Of a DNA stretch of 64,000 bases, positions 19,916 through 28,461 are shown in pieces; the first letter of the stretch is position 1, and every line of letters begins with the position of its first letter. Position numbers and translations under genes: made by a program. The stretch is taken from positions 54,567-118,566 of the forward strand of contig JAGWYA010000001.1 in assembly GCA_018969615.1 (NCBI GenBank). Reading direction: 5' to 3'. This DNA is from Patescibacteria group bacterium (GTDB lineage: Bacteria; Patescibacteriota; Minisyncoccia; UBA6257; 02-FULL-45-10c). Under the pieces are notes generated by a model. It saw only the letters and a program-made list of their open reading frames with translations. It ran no database searches and was not told where the DNA came from.

Positions 19916-20962
19916 ATGGCGATCATCGAAGCCGCCCGCGTTCTGGGCCTTTCCGCTGTTTCATTCCTTATCGCGCTCGCGCTGACGCCGGCGGTCGTTG
20001 CGCTGTTGCGCCGTTTCCAATTCAACAAGCAGATCAGGAGCAAAGAATCGGCTCCGGTCTTTTATGAACTGCATAAAGGAAAAGAAAATACGCCGACCAT
20101 GGGCGGCATCGTCATTTGGGCGACCGTGCTTCTTCTGGCAATGCTTCTATTGGTTCTTGGAAAGATCTTCGGCGGCATGTGGGATTATTTGAATTTCGTC
20201 GACCGCGCGCAAACCTATCTGCCCCTCATGGCCATGCTGGTCGCCGCGCTTCTCGGTCTTTTGGATGACCTGATGGGCGTTTTCCGCATCGGAACGAACG
20301 GCGGAGGATTGAAAGTATCCCAAAAACTGATCATGTACCTGCTTCTCGCGCTCATCGGCGCACTGTGGTTCTATTTCCGCCTTGGCTGGAACGTGCTCTA
20401 TATTCCGTTCGTCGGAAGCGTGAATTTCGGCTGGTGGTATGTGCCGTTCTTCATGTTCATTATCGTCGGCAGCGCCTTCTCCGCGAACGAGACTGACGGA
20501 CTCGATGGGCTTCTCGGCGGCGTATCGCTGTTCAGCTTCGGCGCACTGACCGCAGTCGCATTCGCACTCGGACGGTTCCATCTTGCGGCGCTCAGCGGCG
20601 CCGTCGTCGGTGCACTGCTCGCATTCCTGTGGTTCAACATCTATCCGGCGCGCTTTTTCATGGGGGACACCGGTTCCATGGCGCTCGGGATCACGATGGG
20701 CGTTATCGCGCTCCTGACGAACACGGCGCTCTTTCTGCCGTTCTTCGCCGTCATTCCGGTCGTTGAATCGCTGTCCGTGATCGTCCAGATGACCAGTAAA
20801 AAATTGCGCGGCAAGAAGATCTTCCTCTCCACGCCGATCCATCATCATTTCGAGGCGCTCGGCTGGCCCGAAACAACCGTTACGATGCGCTTTTGGATCG
20901 TCTCGGCCGTCTTCAGCGCGCTCGGCATCTCGCTGTTCTTCATCACGCGCTTCATCTCTTAG
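19916..20962 (+). CDS. mraY: phospho-N-acetylmuramoyl-pentapeptide transferase
   Basis: 10-TM protein with MraY DDxxD region (LDDLMG) and NETDGLDGL motif. Confidence 0.9.
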   Translation: MAIIEAARVLGLSAVSFLIALALTPAVVALLRRFQFNKQIRSKESAPVFYELHKGKENTPTMGGIVIWATVLLLAMLLLVLGKIFGGMWDYLNFVDRAQTYLPLMAMLVAALLGLLDDLMGVFRIGTNGGGLKVSQKLIMYLLLALIGALWFYFRLGWNVLYIPFVGSVNFGWWYVPFFMFIIVGSAFSANETDGLDGLLGGVSLFSFGALTAVAFALGRFHLAALSGAVVGALLAFLWFNIYPARFFMGDTGSMALGITMGVIALLTNTALFLPFFAVIPVVESLSVIVQMTSKKLRGKKIFLSTPIHHHFEALGWPETTVTMRFWIVSAVFSALGISLFFITRFIS

Positions 20963-21016
20963 GTTATACACAGACCACAACATTGCACCGGAAAAACGGG
21001 CTGGTATAGTAAAGGT

Positions 21017-21153
21017 AAGCGCATCGGAGATCGCCGATCCGCGAGAGCAGGGAAAAACAAAAAATTCCCACGCTGAGGGTTATCTCTCCCTCGTAATATC
21101 AAAAGAACCTCGATCTTTGGAAGGCCTCACTTCGGTGGGGCCCTTCTTTTTTC
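21017..21153 (+). ncRNA. candidate small RNA (or long structured mraY 3'UTR)
   Basis: Promoter TTGCAC-N16-TGgTATAGT (20983-21010) downstream of the mraY stop, ~140 nt with no ATG, ends at a UUCG-tetraloop hairpin GGCCTCAC-TTCG-GTGGGGCC plus T-tract (21123-21153). Confidence 0.35.
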
Positions 21154-21189
21154 TCCCGTCCTCTTTTTTGCTATACTACTTAATGATAT

Positions 21190-22206
21190 ATGCGCCTCCT
21201 CCGATCCCTCCCGCTCTCCCGTCTGAAGAATAAAGTCGCCATTCTGCGGCTTGATTTCAATACCGAAGACAACTGGCGGATGGACGCCAGCCTGCCGACC
21301 GTGCGCTATCTTGCCCGCCATTGCGCCGCGGTCATGATCGTCAGCCACAAAGGCAGGCCGAAAGGATTTGAAGAAAAGCTCAGCCTGCGCCGGATCGCGC
21401 GCGTCCTCGCCGGAAAATTGGAACAGAAAGTAAATTTTATGCCTGATTTCGACTTCCGCGCCATCACAGCGCAGGTCCGTACCGCCCCGAAAGGAAGCAT
21501 TTTTATGCTGGAAAATCTCCGATTCCTTCCGGGGGAATCAAAGAACGATCCGAGGCTTGCGAAACAGCTTGCCTCGCTGGGAGATCTTTACATCAATGAC
21601 GCCTTTGCGGTCTCGCACCGCGCCAACGCCTCAGTGGTTGCGATCACAAAATATCTCCCAAGCTATGCCGGATTCGAAGTGGAACAGGAGGTGAACCATC
21701 TCGGACAGGCGATCAGGCATCCAAAAAAACCGCTTGTCATTATCCTGGGCGGCGCAAAGATCGACGATAAGCTCCGGGTCTATGATAACCTCAAGTCAAA
21801 AGCGTCGGTCTTTCTGATCGGCGGCGCGCTCACGGATGATATTATCCGCACATTGGCGCGGCCGAAGATCGTTTTTCCGACCGACTTCAGAACGATCAAT
21901 ACTGACATCCGTGATATCGGACCGAAAACGGCGAAAGAATACTGCAAGATCATCCGCACCGCAAAAACCATTTTATGGAACGGCCCGGTCGGCGACATCA
22001 ATCATAAGCGGTTTGCACAGGGGACCATCGCGCTCGCGCGCTGCGTGGCAAAGAACCGGAACAGCATTGTCGGAGGCGGCGAGACCGTCATGTTCCTGAA
22101 AAAGCTGAAGCTGGATAACAAGATCGGATTTATTTCGACCGGCGGCGGCGCGATGCTTGATTTCATTGCCGGCATGAAATTGCCGGGCCTCGAAGCGCTC
22201 AAATAA
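21190..22206 (+). CDS. pgk: phosphoglycerate kinase (compact 338-aa form)
   Basis: N-terminal PGK motifs (RLDFN...HKGRPKG) and C-terminal GGGA/GG motifs; TATACT -10 12 nt upstream. Confidence 0.85.
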   Translation: MRLLRSLPLSRLKNKVAILRLDFNTEDNWRMDASLPTVRYLARHCAAVMIVSHKGRPKGFEEKLSLRRIARVLAGKLEQKVNFMPDFDFRAITAQVRTAPKGSIFMLENLRFLPGESKNDPRLAKQLASLGDLYINDAFAVSHRANASVVAITKYLPSYAGFEVEQEVNHLGQAIRHPKKPLVIILGGAKIDDKLRVYDNLKSKASVFLIGGALTDDIIRTLARPKIVFPTDFRTINTDIRDIGPKTAKEYCKIIRTAKTILWNGPVGDINHKRFAQGTIALARCVAKNRNSIVGGGETVMFLKKLKLDNKIGFISTGGGAMLDFIAGMKLPGLEALK

Positions 22207-22211
22207 TCTCT

Positions 22212-23381
22212 ATGGCTCAATTTAAAAATACCGGGAAAGCGATCCGGCGCATTCTTTTGGCGAAACAACAGAATGAAAAGATCGGTATTTGGGGTGATTA
22301 CGACCCCGACGGCATTCCCGGAGCGACCCTTATCCGCAGCGCGCTGCTCGGCGCGGGGTTCAAGCGGGGCGATCTGACGGTGATCCTCCCGAACATCAAG
22401 CGGTATAACCGGAGCTTCAATCCGGTCCATTTACGGCTCCTCAAGCGCAAAGGCGTTTCACTGATCCTGGGCGTTGATTTCGGAACCGCCGATTTTGCGC
22501 AGGTGAAGATGGCGCACGACATGGGGTTTGATATCATCTTATTCGACCACCATCTGCAGCTTCCCGGAAAGCTTCCGGCGATCCTGATCAACCATCTGCA
22601 GAAAGGGGACCACTATCCGCATAAGAACTGGTCCGGCACTGGCGTCGCGTATAAATTCTTTGAAGCCTTTTATCACGATCAGAAGCTTGATCTTGTAAAG
22701 CTGGAAAAGAACATCGACCTGCTAACACTCGCTCTCATTGCCGATCGCATTCCGATCGACGGCTATAACGACAAATACATCGAGCGCGGCGTACATCTCC
22801 TGAACCGGCATACGCGGCCAGGCCTCCAGGCCTTTCTTCATTTGACCGAAAACGACCACATCACACGCCATCAGGTTATGTCGACGTTCATCAGCCGTTT
22901 TTATCCGCGGCGGAGCAATGAAGAAAATGAGCTGTATCGGCTCTTTACGGCAAAGACGCAGAAGGCGGCGTCCCGATATGCCAAGATCCTCAATGGTCGG
23001 TATCGGGCGGTTCGCGCTGAGATCGACTCCTCGGTCCAAAAAGGTGTTGATGCCTATAAGGCGGGCGCCCGGAACGTAGTCGTACTCCGCGTGAATATGC
23101 CCTCCCTTGCCAGCGGGATGGTTGCCGCAGTTTCAGAGGGGCTCGTTGAAAAGATCGAGATCCCGGTCTTTGTCTATAAGCGGCAGAAGAATTTCTTTCA
23201 AGGCTCGGCTCGGGCGCCATTGGGTTCTGACTTCAATCTCTCCAAAGCCCTCGATACCTGTAAAGATATCATGATCAGCTACGGCGGCCATCCGACTGCG
23301 ATCGGATTCCATTTTAAGGCAAGCAAGGAAAAGCAGTTTCAAAAAGCGGTACAGGAATATTTCAACAACCTATCCAGGTAG
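22212..23381 (+). CDS. DHH-family phosphoesterase (NrnA/RecJ-like nanoRNase)
   Basis: DHH motifs (GDYDPDG, ILFDHH) and DHHA1-like C-terminal region. Confidence 0.7.
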   Translation: MAQFKNTGKAIRRILLAKQQNEKIGIWGDYDPDGIPGATLIRSALLGAGFKRGDLTVILPNIKRYNRSFNPVHLRLLKRKGVSLILGVDFGTADFAQVKMAHDMGFDIILFDHHLQLPGKLPAILINHLQKGDHYPHKNWSGTGVAYKFFEAFYHDQKLDLVKLEKNIDLLTLALIADRIPIDGYNDKYIERGVHLLNRHTRPGLQAFLHLTENDHITRHQVMSTFISRFYPRRSNEENELYRLFTAKTQKAASRYAKILNGRYRAVRAEIDSSVQKGVDAYKAGARNVVVLRVNMPSLASGMVAAVSEGLVEKIEIPVFVYKRQKNFFQGSARAPLGSDFNLSKALDTCKDIMISYGGHPTAIGFHFKASKEKQFQKAVQEYFNNLSR

Positions 23382-23509
23382 TAGATCTGCGATGCGCATT
23401 TAACTTTATTCGCATATCGAAATTGGATAACATTATAGAAAGCTACTATGACCATAGAGAATAATAAAATTATTTTTTGCGAATAAATGTCGCAGATTCA
23501 CTACCTGGT

Positions 23510-24151
23510 ATGAGCTCCGCGAAGAAATACTACGCTTATTTCTTTTCCACCGATAAACAAGGGATCTGCGATTCGTGGATCGAGTGCGAAAAGATCGTCT
23601 CGGGAAAGAACGCGCGGTTCCGCGGATTTTCTACGCGCAGTGAAGCGGAGGCCTGGCTGAATGCCGGAGCGAACTATGAACTAAAGCCGAAAAAACAAAG
23701 GGTAAAAACAGAATTGCTTCCGGGGATCTATTTTGATGCCGGAACCGGCAGGGGAGACGGCACCGAGATCAGTGTCACGGATGAAAACGGCGCGAACTTG
23801 CTTCATAAGGTTATGCTGAAGAAAAAGATCAACAAGCATGGCAAGCACCTTCTTACCAAGGGCGAGACCAATAATTACGGCGAACTGCTCGCATGCCAAT
23901 ACGCGCTGAAGCTCGCGCTAAAAAATTTAAAAAAAGGAATTTATCCTGAGCGAAGCCGAAGGATCTTCGGGGACAGCAAGCTTGTGATCGAATACTGGTC
24001 CAAAGGGTTCATTAAGCGCAACGATCTGCCGAAAGCGACCGTGAAGCTTGCCGATGCGGTGGCGAAATTACGAAAAAAATTCGAGGAGGCTGGCGGCCAG
24101 ATCCGCCACATTTCCGGAGACGATAACCCGGCAGACCTGGGATTTCACTAA
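23510..24151 (+). CDS. rnhA: ribonuclease HI with N-terminal hybrid-binding (Cauli_VI-like) domain
   Basis: N-term KKYYAYFFSTDKQGICDSWIECEKIVSGKNARFRGFSTRSEAEAWL, then RNase H catalytic D/E/D residues; terminator 24163-24190. Confidence 0.8.
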   Translation: MSSAKKYYAYFFSTDKQGICDSWIECEKIVSGKNARFRGFSTRSEAEAWLNAGANYELKPKKQRVKTELLPGIYFDAGTGRGDGTEISVTDENGANLLHKVMLKKKINKHGKHLLTKGETNNYGELLACQYALKLALKNLKKGIYPERSRRIFGDSKLVIEYWSKGFIKRNDLPKATVKLADAVAKLRKKFEEAGGQIRHISGDDNPADLGFH

Positions 24152-24317
24152 AAAATAAGGCCGTCCCATGATCATTTAAGGACGGCCTATCTAATAGAAA
24201 GGTTATGTGTTCGGCACGAATTTGATCAGCCGCATAACCTCTAAAGGTATTTGTAGTCTATAAAATACACGGAGAAGTGTCAATAAAAAACTCGCCCAAG
24301 CGGACGAGTGACTCTGG

Positions 24318-24521
24318 TCATTCTTGATTCATAAAAGCACGGATCGGCTCTCCAAAAGCTTTTTCGCCGATGCCGCCGAGCACAAGAAGGATCGCCGCGA
24401 TCCAGTGGACCGTCAAAAGCACGAGTGCCAAACCGGAACAGATCAGCGCGAGCCAATAATGATCACCGGAGAGCGAAAGGACCGCGATCGCGATAAGCGC
24501 AATTCCCGAAATTCTTTCCAT
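24318..24521 (-). CDS. small membrane protein (2 TM, ~67 aa)
   Basis: Start set at MERISG... with RBS GAGGA; terminator hairpin downstream. Confidence 0.4.
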   Translation of the reverse strand: MERISGIALIAIAVLSLSGDHYWLALICSGLALVLLTVHWIAAILLVLGGIGEKAFGEPIRAFMNQE

Positions 24522-24645
24522 CGATATCCTCAAAGTTGTTTTCGCAGGATCTCTTTTGAGTATGGGTCGATAGGTATTCATTGTCAATTTTAAAATAAAA
24601 AATGCCCCCGCTTAGTCTTTCGACTGAGTGGGGGCGTGAGACTCA

Positions 24646-24906
24646 TTATGGATGAGCCTTCTTTGCGAGGTACTCCTTCTCCAACGCCTTGTCTCGGGCT
24701 TTACGCTGGATCTCATCGATCACGAAAACCACCACTACGCATGCGAAAAGCCCAGCGATGATGGTCAAGGTCGTGATCAAATGCGTCCAGAAAATGAACC
24801 AGAGCGCCTGAAGGACGAGCGCTGCGAGTAATACGGCGAGAACCGCACCAACGATCGCTGCTGCAACGACAAAGATCAACATGAAGAACAATCCGATGAT
24901 CTCCAT
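24646..24906 (-). CDS. small membrane protein (~86 aa)
   Basis: RBS AAGGAGG 5 nt before ATG (MEIIGLFF...); 14-bp terminator stem 24608-24640. Confidence 0.5.
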   Translation of the reverse strand: MEIIGLFFMLIFVVAAAIVGAVLAVLLAALVLQALWFIFWTHLITTLTIIAGLFACVVVVFVIDEIQRKARDKALEKEYLAKKAHP

Positions 24907-24999
24907 ACTACCTCCTTTCAATTTAAAATGTACTTAAGCTATAAGATACCAGATTATAGTGATATTGTCAACTTATAGAAACTATGCTATAGTGACTGC

Positions 25000-25360
25000 G
25001 GTAACTCAGATAGCAGCTTTGATCCGCTTCGGCGGATCGGAGAGGAAAGTCCGGACACCATGAGCGGTCCTTGATCGTTCAAAGCGTAGCGGCTAACAGC
25101 CGTCATCAGTAATGAAGAGGTGCGAGCAGTGACGTCTTGATCCGAAAGGAGCAGGAGAGCCTGATCTCAACGTAATCGGCTTAACCCGGCCATAGAGATA
25201 ATAAAGCCGGGGTGAAACGGCAAAATCCTTACAGGGTGCAAGTCCGTGCTTCGATGCAAATCGGAGAGTGACGCAAAGATCCTTTGTGTAAACAGAGGGC
25301 AAGATAAATTGTTATCATTCCGGCTCCGGCCGGAAAACAGAATCCGGCTTATGAGTTACC
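25000..25360 (+). ncRNA. rnpB: RNase P RNA (bacterial type)
   Basis: P4 halves GAGGAAAGTCCGGAC (25041-) and ACAGAATCCGGCTTATG (25338-), 9-bp P1 pairing 25000-25008 with 25352-25360, GGTGAAACGGC and GCAAGTCCGTG conserved blocks. Confidence 0.85.
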
Positions 25361-25365
25361 CGCAC

Positions 25366-25395
25366 AGCCGCCGCAAGGCGGCTTTTGCGTTTTTA
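25366..25395 (+). terminator. rho-independent terminator of rnpB
   Basis: AGCCGCC-GCAA-GGCGGCT hairpin followed by TTTTGCGTTTTT. Confidence 0.75.
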
Positions 25396-25426
25396 TACAA
25401 TAAAAAACAACCTCTTAAAGAGGTTG

Positions 25427-25729
25427 TCATTCGATCCGCGGCAGAGCGATGCTCCAGCCGCATTCATGATTCAAACAGTCCCATTGCTGCAGCTCATGAT
25501 CGGCAGTGAGCTTGACCGACCAGAGCTTGCACACCGGGCACCGGCTCAATGCATGCATTTTTGTGAAAAAATTTCTGCATTTTTCGGTCGCGCAGGCGAT
25601 CCACTCAAGTTCGATATACGCCGCAAGACGGTCAAGGATCTCCCGGTCTTTGAATTGTTCAAAGATCCGTTTTCCGACAATACCACAATGCCGGCAGGAC
25701 AGGGAAGTGGCAAACTGCCGTCTCCGCAT
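25427..25729 (-). CDS. Cys-rich double zinc-ribbon-like protein (100 aa)
   Basis: RBS AGGAGGG before ATG; four Cys pairs (CRHC, CATEKC, CPVC, CLNHEC); hairpin terminator 25400-25428. Confidence 0.55.
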   Translation of the reverse strand: MRRRQFATSLSCRHCGIVGKRIFEQFKDREILDRLAAYIELEWIACATEKCRNFFTKMHALSRCPVCKLWSVKLTADHELQQWDCLNHECGWSIALPRIE

Positions 25730-25812
25730 AATCCCTCCTCTCTAATGGACTGGCTTTATCCTATCAATTTCATCCCTAAAAATACAACAGGCCACCCGAA
25801 GGTGGCCCTTGC

Positions 25813-26046
25813 TTACATCCAGGGGATGTAAGCGGTGAGGTCCTGCTTGAGGACCAGGAACTTCCGGCGCAAGCGCGCGAGGTTCCGATTCTCTTTGATG
25901 CTGAAGAACATCAGTCCCAGTCCGATGACGGCGATGACGACGCCCAGCGGGAAGCTGTAGCGGTTCGTCGCGTAGTCGGACGTCCCCGCGCCCAAGGTGG
26001 TAAGGAAGAACCCGATCCATCCCATTCCCAAGTCGATGTCGATCAT
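25813..26046 (-). CDS. small membrane protein (77 aa)
   Basis: RBS AAGGAG 7 nt before ATG; two hydrophobic helices; terminator GGCCACC-CGAA-GGTGGCC at 25786-25808. Confidence 0.6.
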   Translation of the reverse strand: MIDIDLGMGWIGFFLTTLGAGTSDYATNRYSFPLGVVIAVIGLGLMFFSIKENRNLARLRRKFLVLKQDLTAYIPWM

Positions 26047-26069
26047 ACACTCTCCTTTTTACGGCAATG

Positions 26070-26117
26070 GTTTTGAGAAAAATTGGGCCCCACCGGATTA
26101 AACTCACTCCGGTGGGG
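26070..26117 (-). terminator. intrinsic terminator/attenuator hairpin directly upstream of the 25813-26046 gene
   Basis: CCCCACCGGA-N10-TCCGGTGGGG stem followed on the minus strand by AATTTTTCTC. Confidence 0.55.
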
Positions 26118-26650
26118 CTTGCGTCTTTTCAATGGCCCTTTGCCGACCCTCATCCTTGGGGAAGGTCGTTTTGCCCTTAGGGCGATGTTGGGCAAATCGG
26201 GAGCCCCTGCATGCCGCGTTACGCGCCAAACGGCGCGGTACGCAACGGCGTGCAGGGGGTACGACTCATCATTCACCGTTGGTGGCGGCTTACTCGCGTT
26301 TCACCGCGCGTTGGGGGCGGTGTTTGCCCTTTTACAGGCAAATCGTGGCCCCGCAAATAAGAGACTTCGCTTTCGCTGTCTCTATAGCCAAGGTCCGTGC
26401 TCTCGGTACGTCACATTCACATCCATTTATCAAGATGAGAGCACGGATCATACGATCACACACGGGGCCGCCGTAAGCGTCGTGTCAGCACCATTGGGTG
26501 CCTCCTTTGAGCTCGCTACAGGGTAGCGGACGTCAGGCGCACTCCACGCGCAACAGGCATTCCGTCGGTCGGCCTGCGGGCGGGGAGCGAAGGATGGGCC
26601 CGAACTTCAGGCACATTCTTCGCTTCCCGCTCGCTTTATTTGTTTTAAAA
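26086..26650. ncRNA. candidate large structured RNA / long 5' leader of unknown family
   Basis: ~560 nt GC-rich, only mutually overlapping junk ORFs; 13-bp stem CCCCTGCATGCCG/CGGCGTGCAGGGG; two similar modules GTTTGCCCTT...GGCAAATCG(G/T)GGCCCC at 26166-26210 and 26318-26357; terminator-like hairpins at both ends; flanked by TTGACA-N17-TATCTT (minus, 26661-26689). Confidence 0.4.
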
Positions 26651-26694
26651 GTACCTGATAAAGATAGCATATATTATCAATTCTGTCAATATCC

Positions 26695-26723
26695 TTGGCA
26701 GGGCATCAAAAACCGATTATACT
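26695..26723 (+). promoter_or_regulatory. sigma-70-like promoter TTGGCA-N17-TATACT
   Basis: Hexamers 17 bp apart, 29 nt upstream of the 26753 ATG. Confidence 0.5.
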
Positions 26724-26752
26724 ATCCGCAGTTCTTCACGAGGTGAACACTA

Positions 26753-27031
26753 ATGAGCGAACCATGGATGGTCAAGGTCATTGACGTGATCCACGATGAT
26801 TGCAACCGGCCCATTTGGGTGCGGATCCAGTACATCAAGGAAGGGGAATTACTCCACGATGCCGTATTCGTCCGGGGAAGAGAACAGGCTGCAGTTTTTC
26901 TGGAAAGACGGATCAATGGCTTCATTCCCAAAAACCGATTCGGCAGAATGCGGAAAAGGGCCTTTGCGGTCATAGAACAAGCAAGGCCCCCTGAAGCGAT
27001 CCAGCTGGGTCTTCCGCTCGACTTAGGATAA
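26753..27031 (+). CDS. hypothetical protein (92 aa)
   Basis: RBS GAGGTG; terminator AAGCTCCC-GTTA-TGGGAGCTT-TTTATTTTT at 27038-27066. Confidence 0.5.
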   Translation: MSEPWMVKVIDVIHDDCNRPIWVRIQYIKEGELLHDAVFVRGREQAAVFLERRINGFIPKNRFGRMRKRAFAVIEQARPPEAIQLGLPLDLG

Positions 27032-27118
27032 ACACCAAGCTCCCGTTATGGGAGCTTTTTATTTTTATACGCTCAAGGTATTCTATACAGAGCACCATAC
27101 ATAACTAAGAGGCTAAAA

Positions 27119-27466
27119 ATGAGCAGATTAGTGACAGAAGTTATTGATGATACATTTAGTAACTTAGTTTTAAATTCCCCCTTACCGGTCATTGTTGATT
27201 TCTGGTCACCGGCTTGCGGTCCGTGCATTTCCCTTGCGCCGCTTTTAGAAAAGTATGCAAAGAAAATGCAAGGCAAAATAACTTTTTTGAAATACGAAGT
27301 GAAATGGGGAGATGATCAGCCCATAAGAGCTCAATATGATATCCGTTGCCTGCCAACGGCCATTCTTTTCAAGAACGGCAAGGAAATGAAAAGAGCTTCG
27401 GGAATCGGCTCAGCGGATACCACTATCAATGTCTTGCTCGCTTCATTAGCTCGGCCCCCTTTATAA
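27119..27466 (+). CDS. trxA: thioredoxin
   Basis: CGPC active site (DFWSPACGPC), thioredoxin fold length; RBS AAGAGG; terminator GGCCCCCTTTATAAAGGGGGCT-ATTTT; AT-rich codon usage unlike neighbours. Confidence 0.8.
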   Translation: MSRLVTEVIDDTFSNLVLNSPLPVIVDFWSPACGPCISLAPLLEKYAKKMQGKITFLKYEVKWGDDQPIRAQYDIRCLPTAILFKNGKEMKRASGIGSADTTINVLLASLARPPL

Positions 27467-27524
27467 AGGGGGGCTATTTTATATACGATCCGACTATGAG
27501 ATTGCCCCGTATAAAAACAAGTCA

Positions 27525-27553
27525 TTGACTTTTCCGCTTATTTTTATTATAAT
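27525..27553 (+). promoter_or_regulatory. consensus sigma-70 promoter TTGACT-N17-TATAAT
   Basis: Exact spacing 17; 42 nt upstream of the 27596 ATG. Confidence 0.6.
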
Positions 27554-27595
27554 ATAAACAGTTTTTCGTTAAATTTCAGAGCAAGGAGGCGCGCC

Positions 27596-27916
27596 ATGAT
27601 GCGTATGTCTTCACAGCAGCTCGATGACCAGACGGTTCTGGTCATCGGCTACGACGTGGACGAAGATCCTGACATCGAATTGTGCGCGGTCTTCCGAGCC
27701 CTGGAAACCGAACGCACAGCGCAGCTCATCAAAAGGTACAGCCGCGGTGCAGGAGAAGAGCACCAGCTCGAAATGGACAACTTCCGCGATCTGGATGAAG
27801 AGACGAAGCAACGCTTCGAGAAGGTGATGCCCGGCTTCCATAAAGCCGCGATGCAGGCGTTCAAGTTCGCGCCGTTCGACGACAGCCTTCCGCCGCAAGG
27901 AGAGCTGGACATCTGA
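27596..27916 (+). CDS. acidic hypothetical protein (106 aa)
   Basis: RBS AAGGAGG; terminator AGCCCTCCGATC...GATCGGAGGGCT-TTTTC at 27924-27960. Confidence 0.55.
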   Translation: MMRMSSQQLDDQTVLVIGYDVDEDPDIELCAVFRALETERTAQLIKRYSRGAGEEHQLEMDNFRDLDEETKQRFEKVMPGFHKAAMQAFKFAPFDDSLPPQGELDI

Positions 27917-27960
27917 CCCAAGCCCTCCGATCAATTCAAACGATCGGAGGGCTTTTTCAT

Positions 27961-28014
27961 TGTTTGTCCAATTTATTCTTATCCGATAAGCCGAGGATAA
28001 ATTGGATACAAACA
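27961..28014. repeat. nested inverted repeat
   Basis: TGTTTGTCCAATTTAT ... ATAAATTGGATACAAACA arms enclosing the perfect palindrome CTTATCcGATAAG. Confidence 0.6.
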
Positions 28015-28138
28015 ATAGAACCCCGCTAAGAGCGGGGTGAAGTGTTAACTTCATTTTTTATTCAATAAAAAGACCCACTATGACGCGTCATAGTGGGTTA
28101 TATGCAGGCGATAAAGGAGGCGTGGCTGAGCTTTTACT

Positions 28139-28399
28139 TTAGATCGTTCCGCCTAATCTCAACGCGACCCTCTTCCTTGCCTCTTTTCTCCTTTCCGCTT
28201 TCGCCAGCTTTTGCTGCCGCTCATATTCTTTCTTCACAAAGGCGATATGTCTTTTCACAGGCTCGCTCTCAAGGATCGAGCGAAGATCATAAACAATCGT
28301 GCCGCAGGCAAGCACGCGCCTTACTTTGACCGCGGGGAAAAAGCTTGGACAAAACCTTTTGAGCCAGGGGATCCTGGAAAGCGGCGATTCTCTGACCAT
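28139..28399 (-). CDS. hypothetical basic protein (86 aa)
   Basis: Own promoter TTGACG-N16-TATACT just past the obg stop; terminator CCCACTATGACG/CGTCATAGTGGG at 28078-28108. Confidence 0.5.
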   Translation of the reverse strand: MVRESPLSRIPWLKRFCPSFFPAVKVRRVLACGTIVYDLRSILESEPVKRHIAFVKKEYERQQKLAKAERRKEARKRVALRLGGTI

Positions 28400-28461
28400 C
28401 TGAGCACTTCCGTTATTAAAACGTACTAACCTCAGTATAGAACCCTCTCTTGGCTCGTCAA

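Noticed and set aside
21017-21153. SRP RNA (ffs) or 6S RNA identity for the mraY-pgk intergenic transcript
   Set aside because: Lacks the conserved GGAAGCAGCC/GNAR-loop SRP motif and the long bulged 6S hairpin. Left as an unclassified sRNA candidate.
26083-26526. ORFs 26083-26526(+), 26132-26476(+) and 26043-26276(-) as genes
   Set aside because: They overlap each other in GC-rich DNA, lack RBS or promoter context, and give low-complexity Arg/Ala/Gly-rich translations typical of non-coding high-GC sequence.
26086-26650. tmRNA (ssrA) as the identity of the structured GC-rich stretch
   Set aside because: No tRNA-like 3' end (T-loop plus an acceptor pairing with a GGGG 5' end). No tag-peptide reading frame ending in a hydrophobic ...AA* on either strand. 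At ~560 nt it is longer than the ~360 nt recalled for tmRNA.
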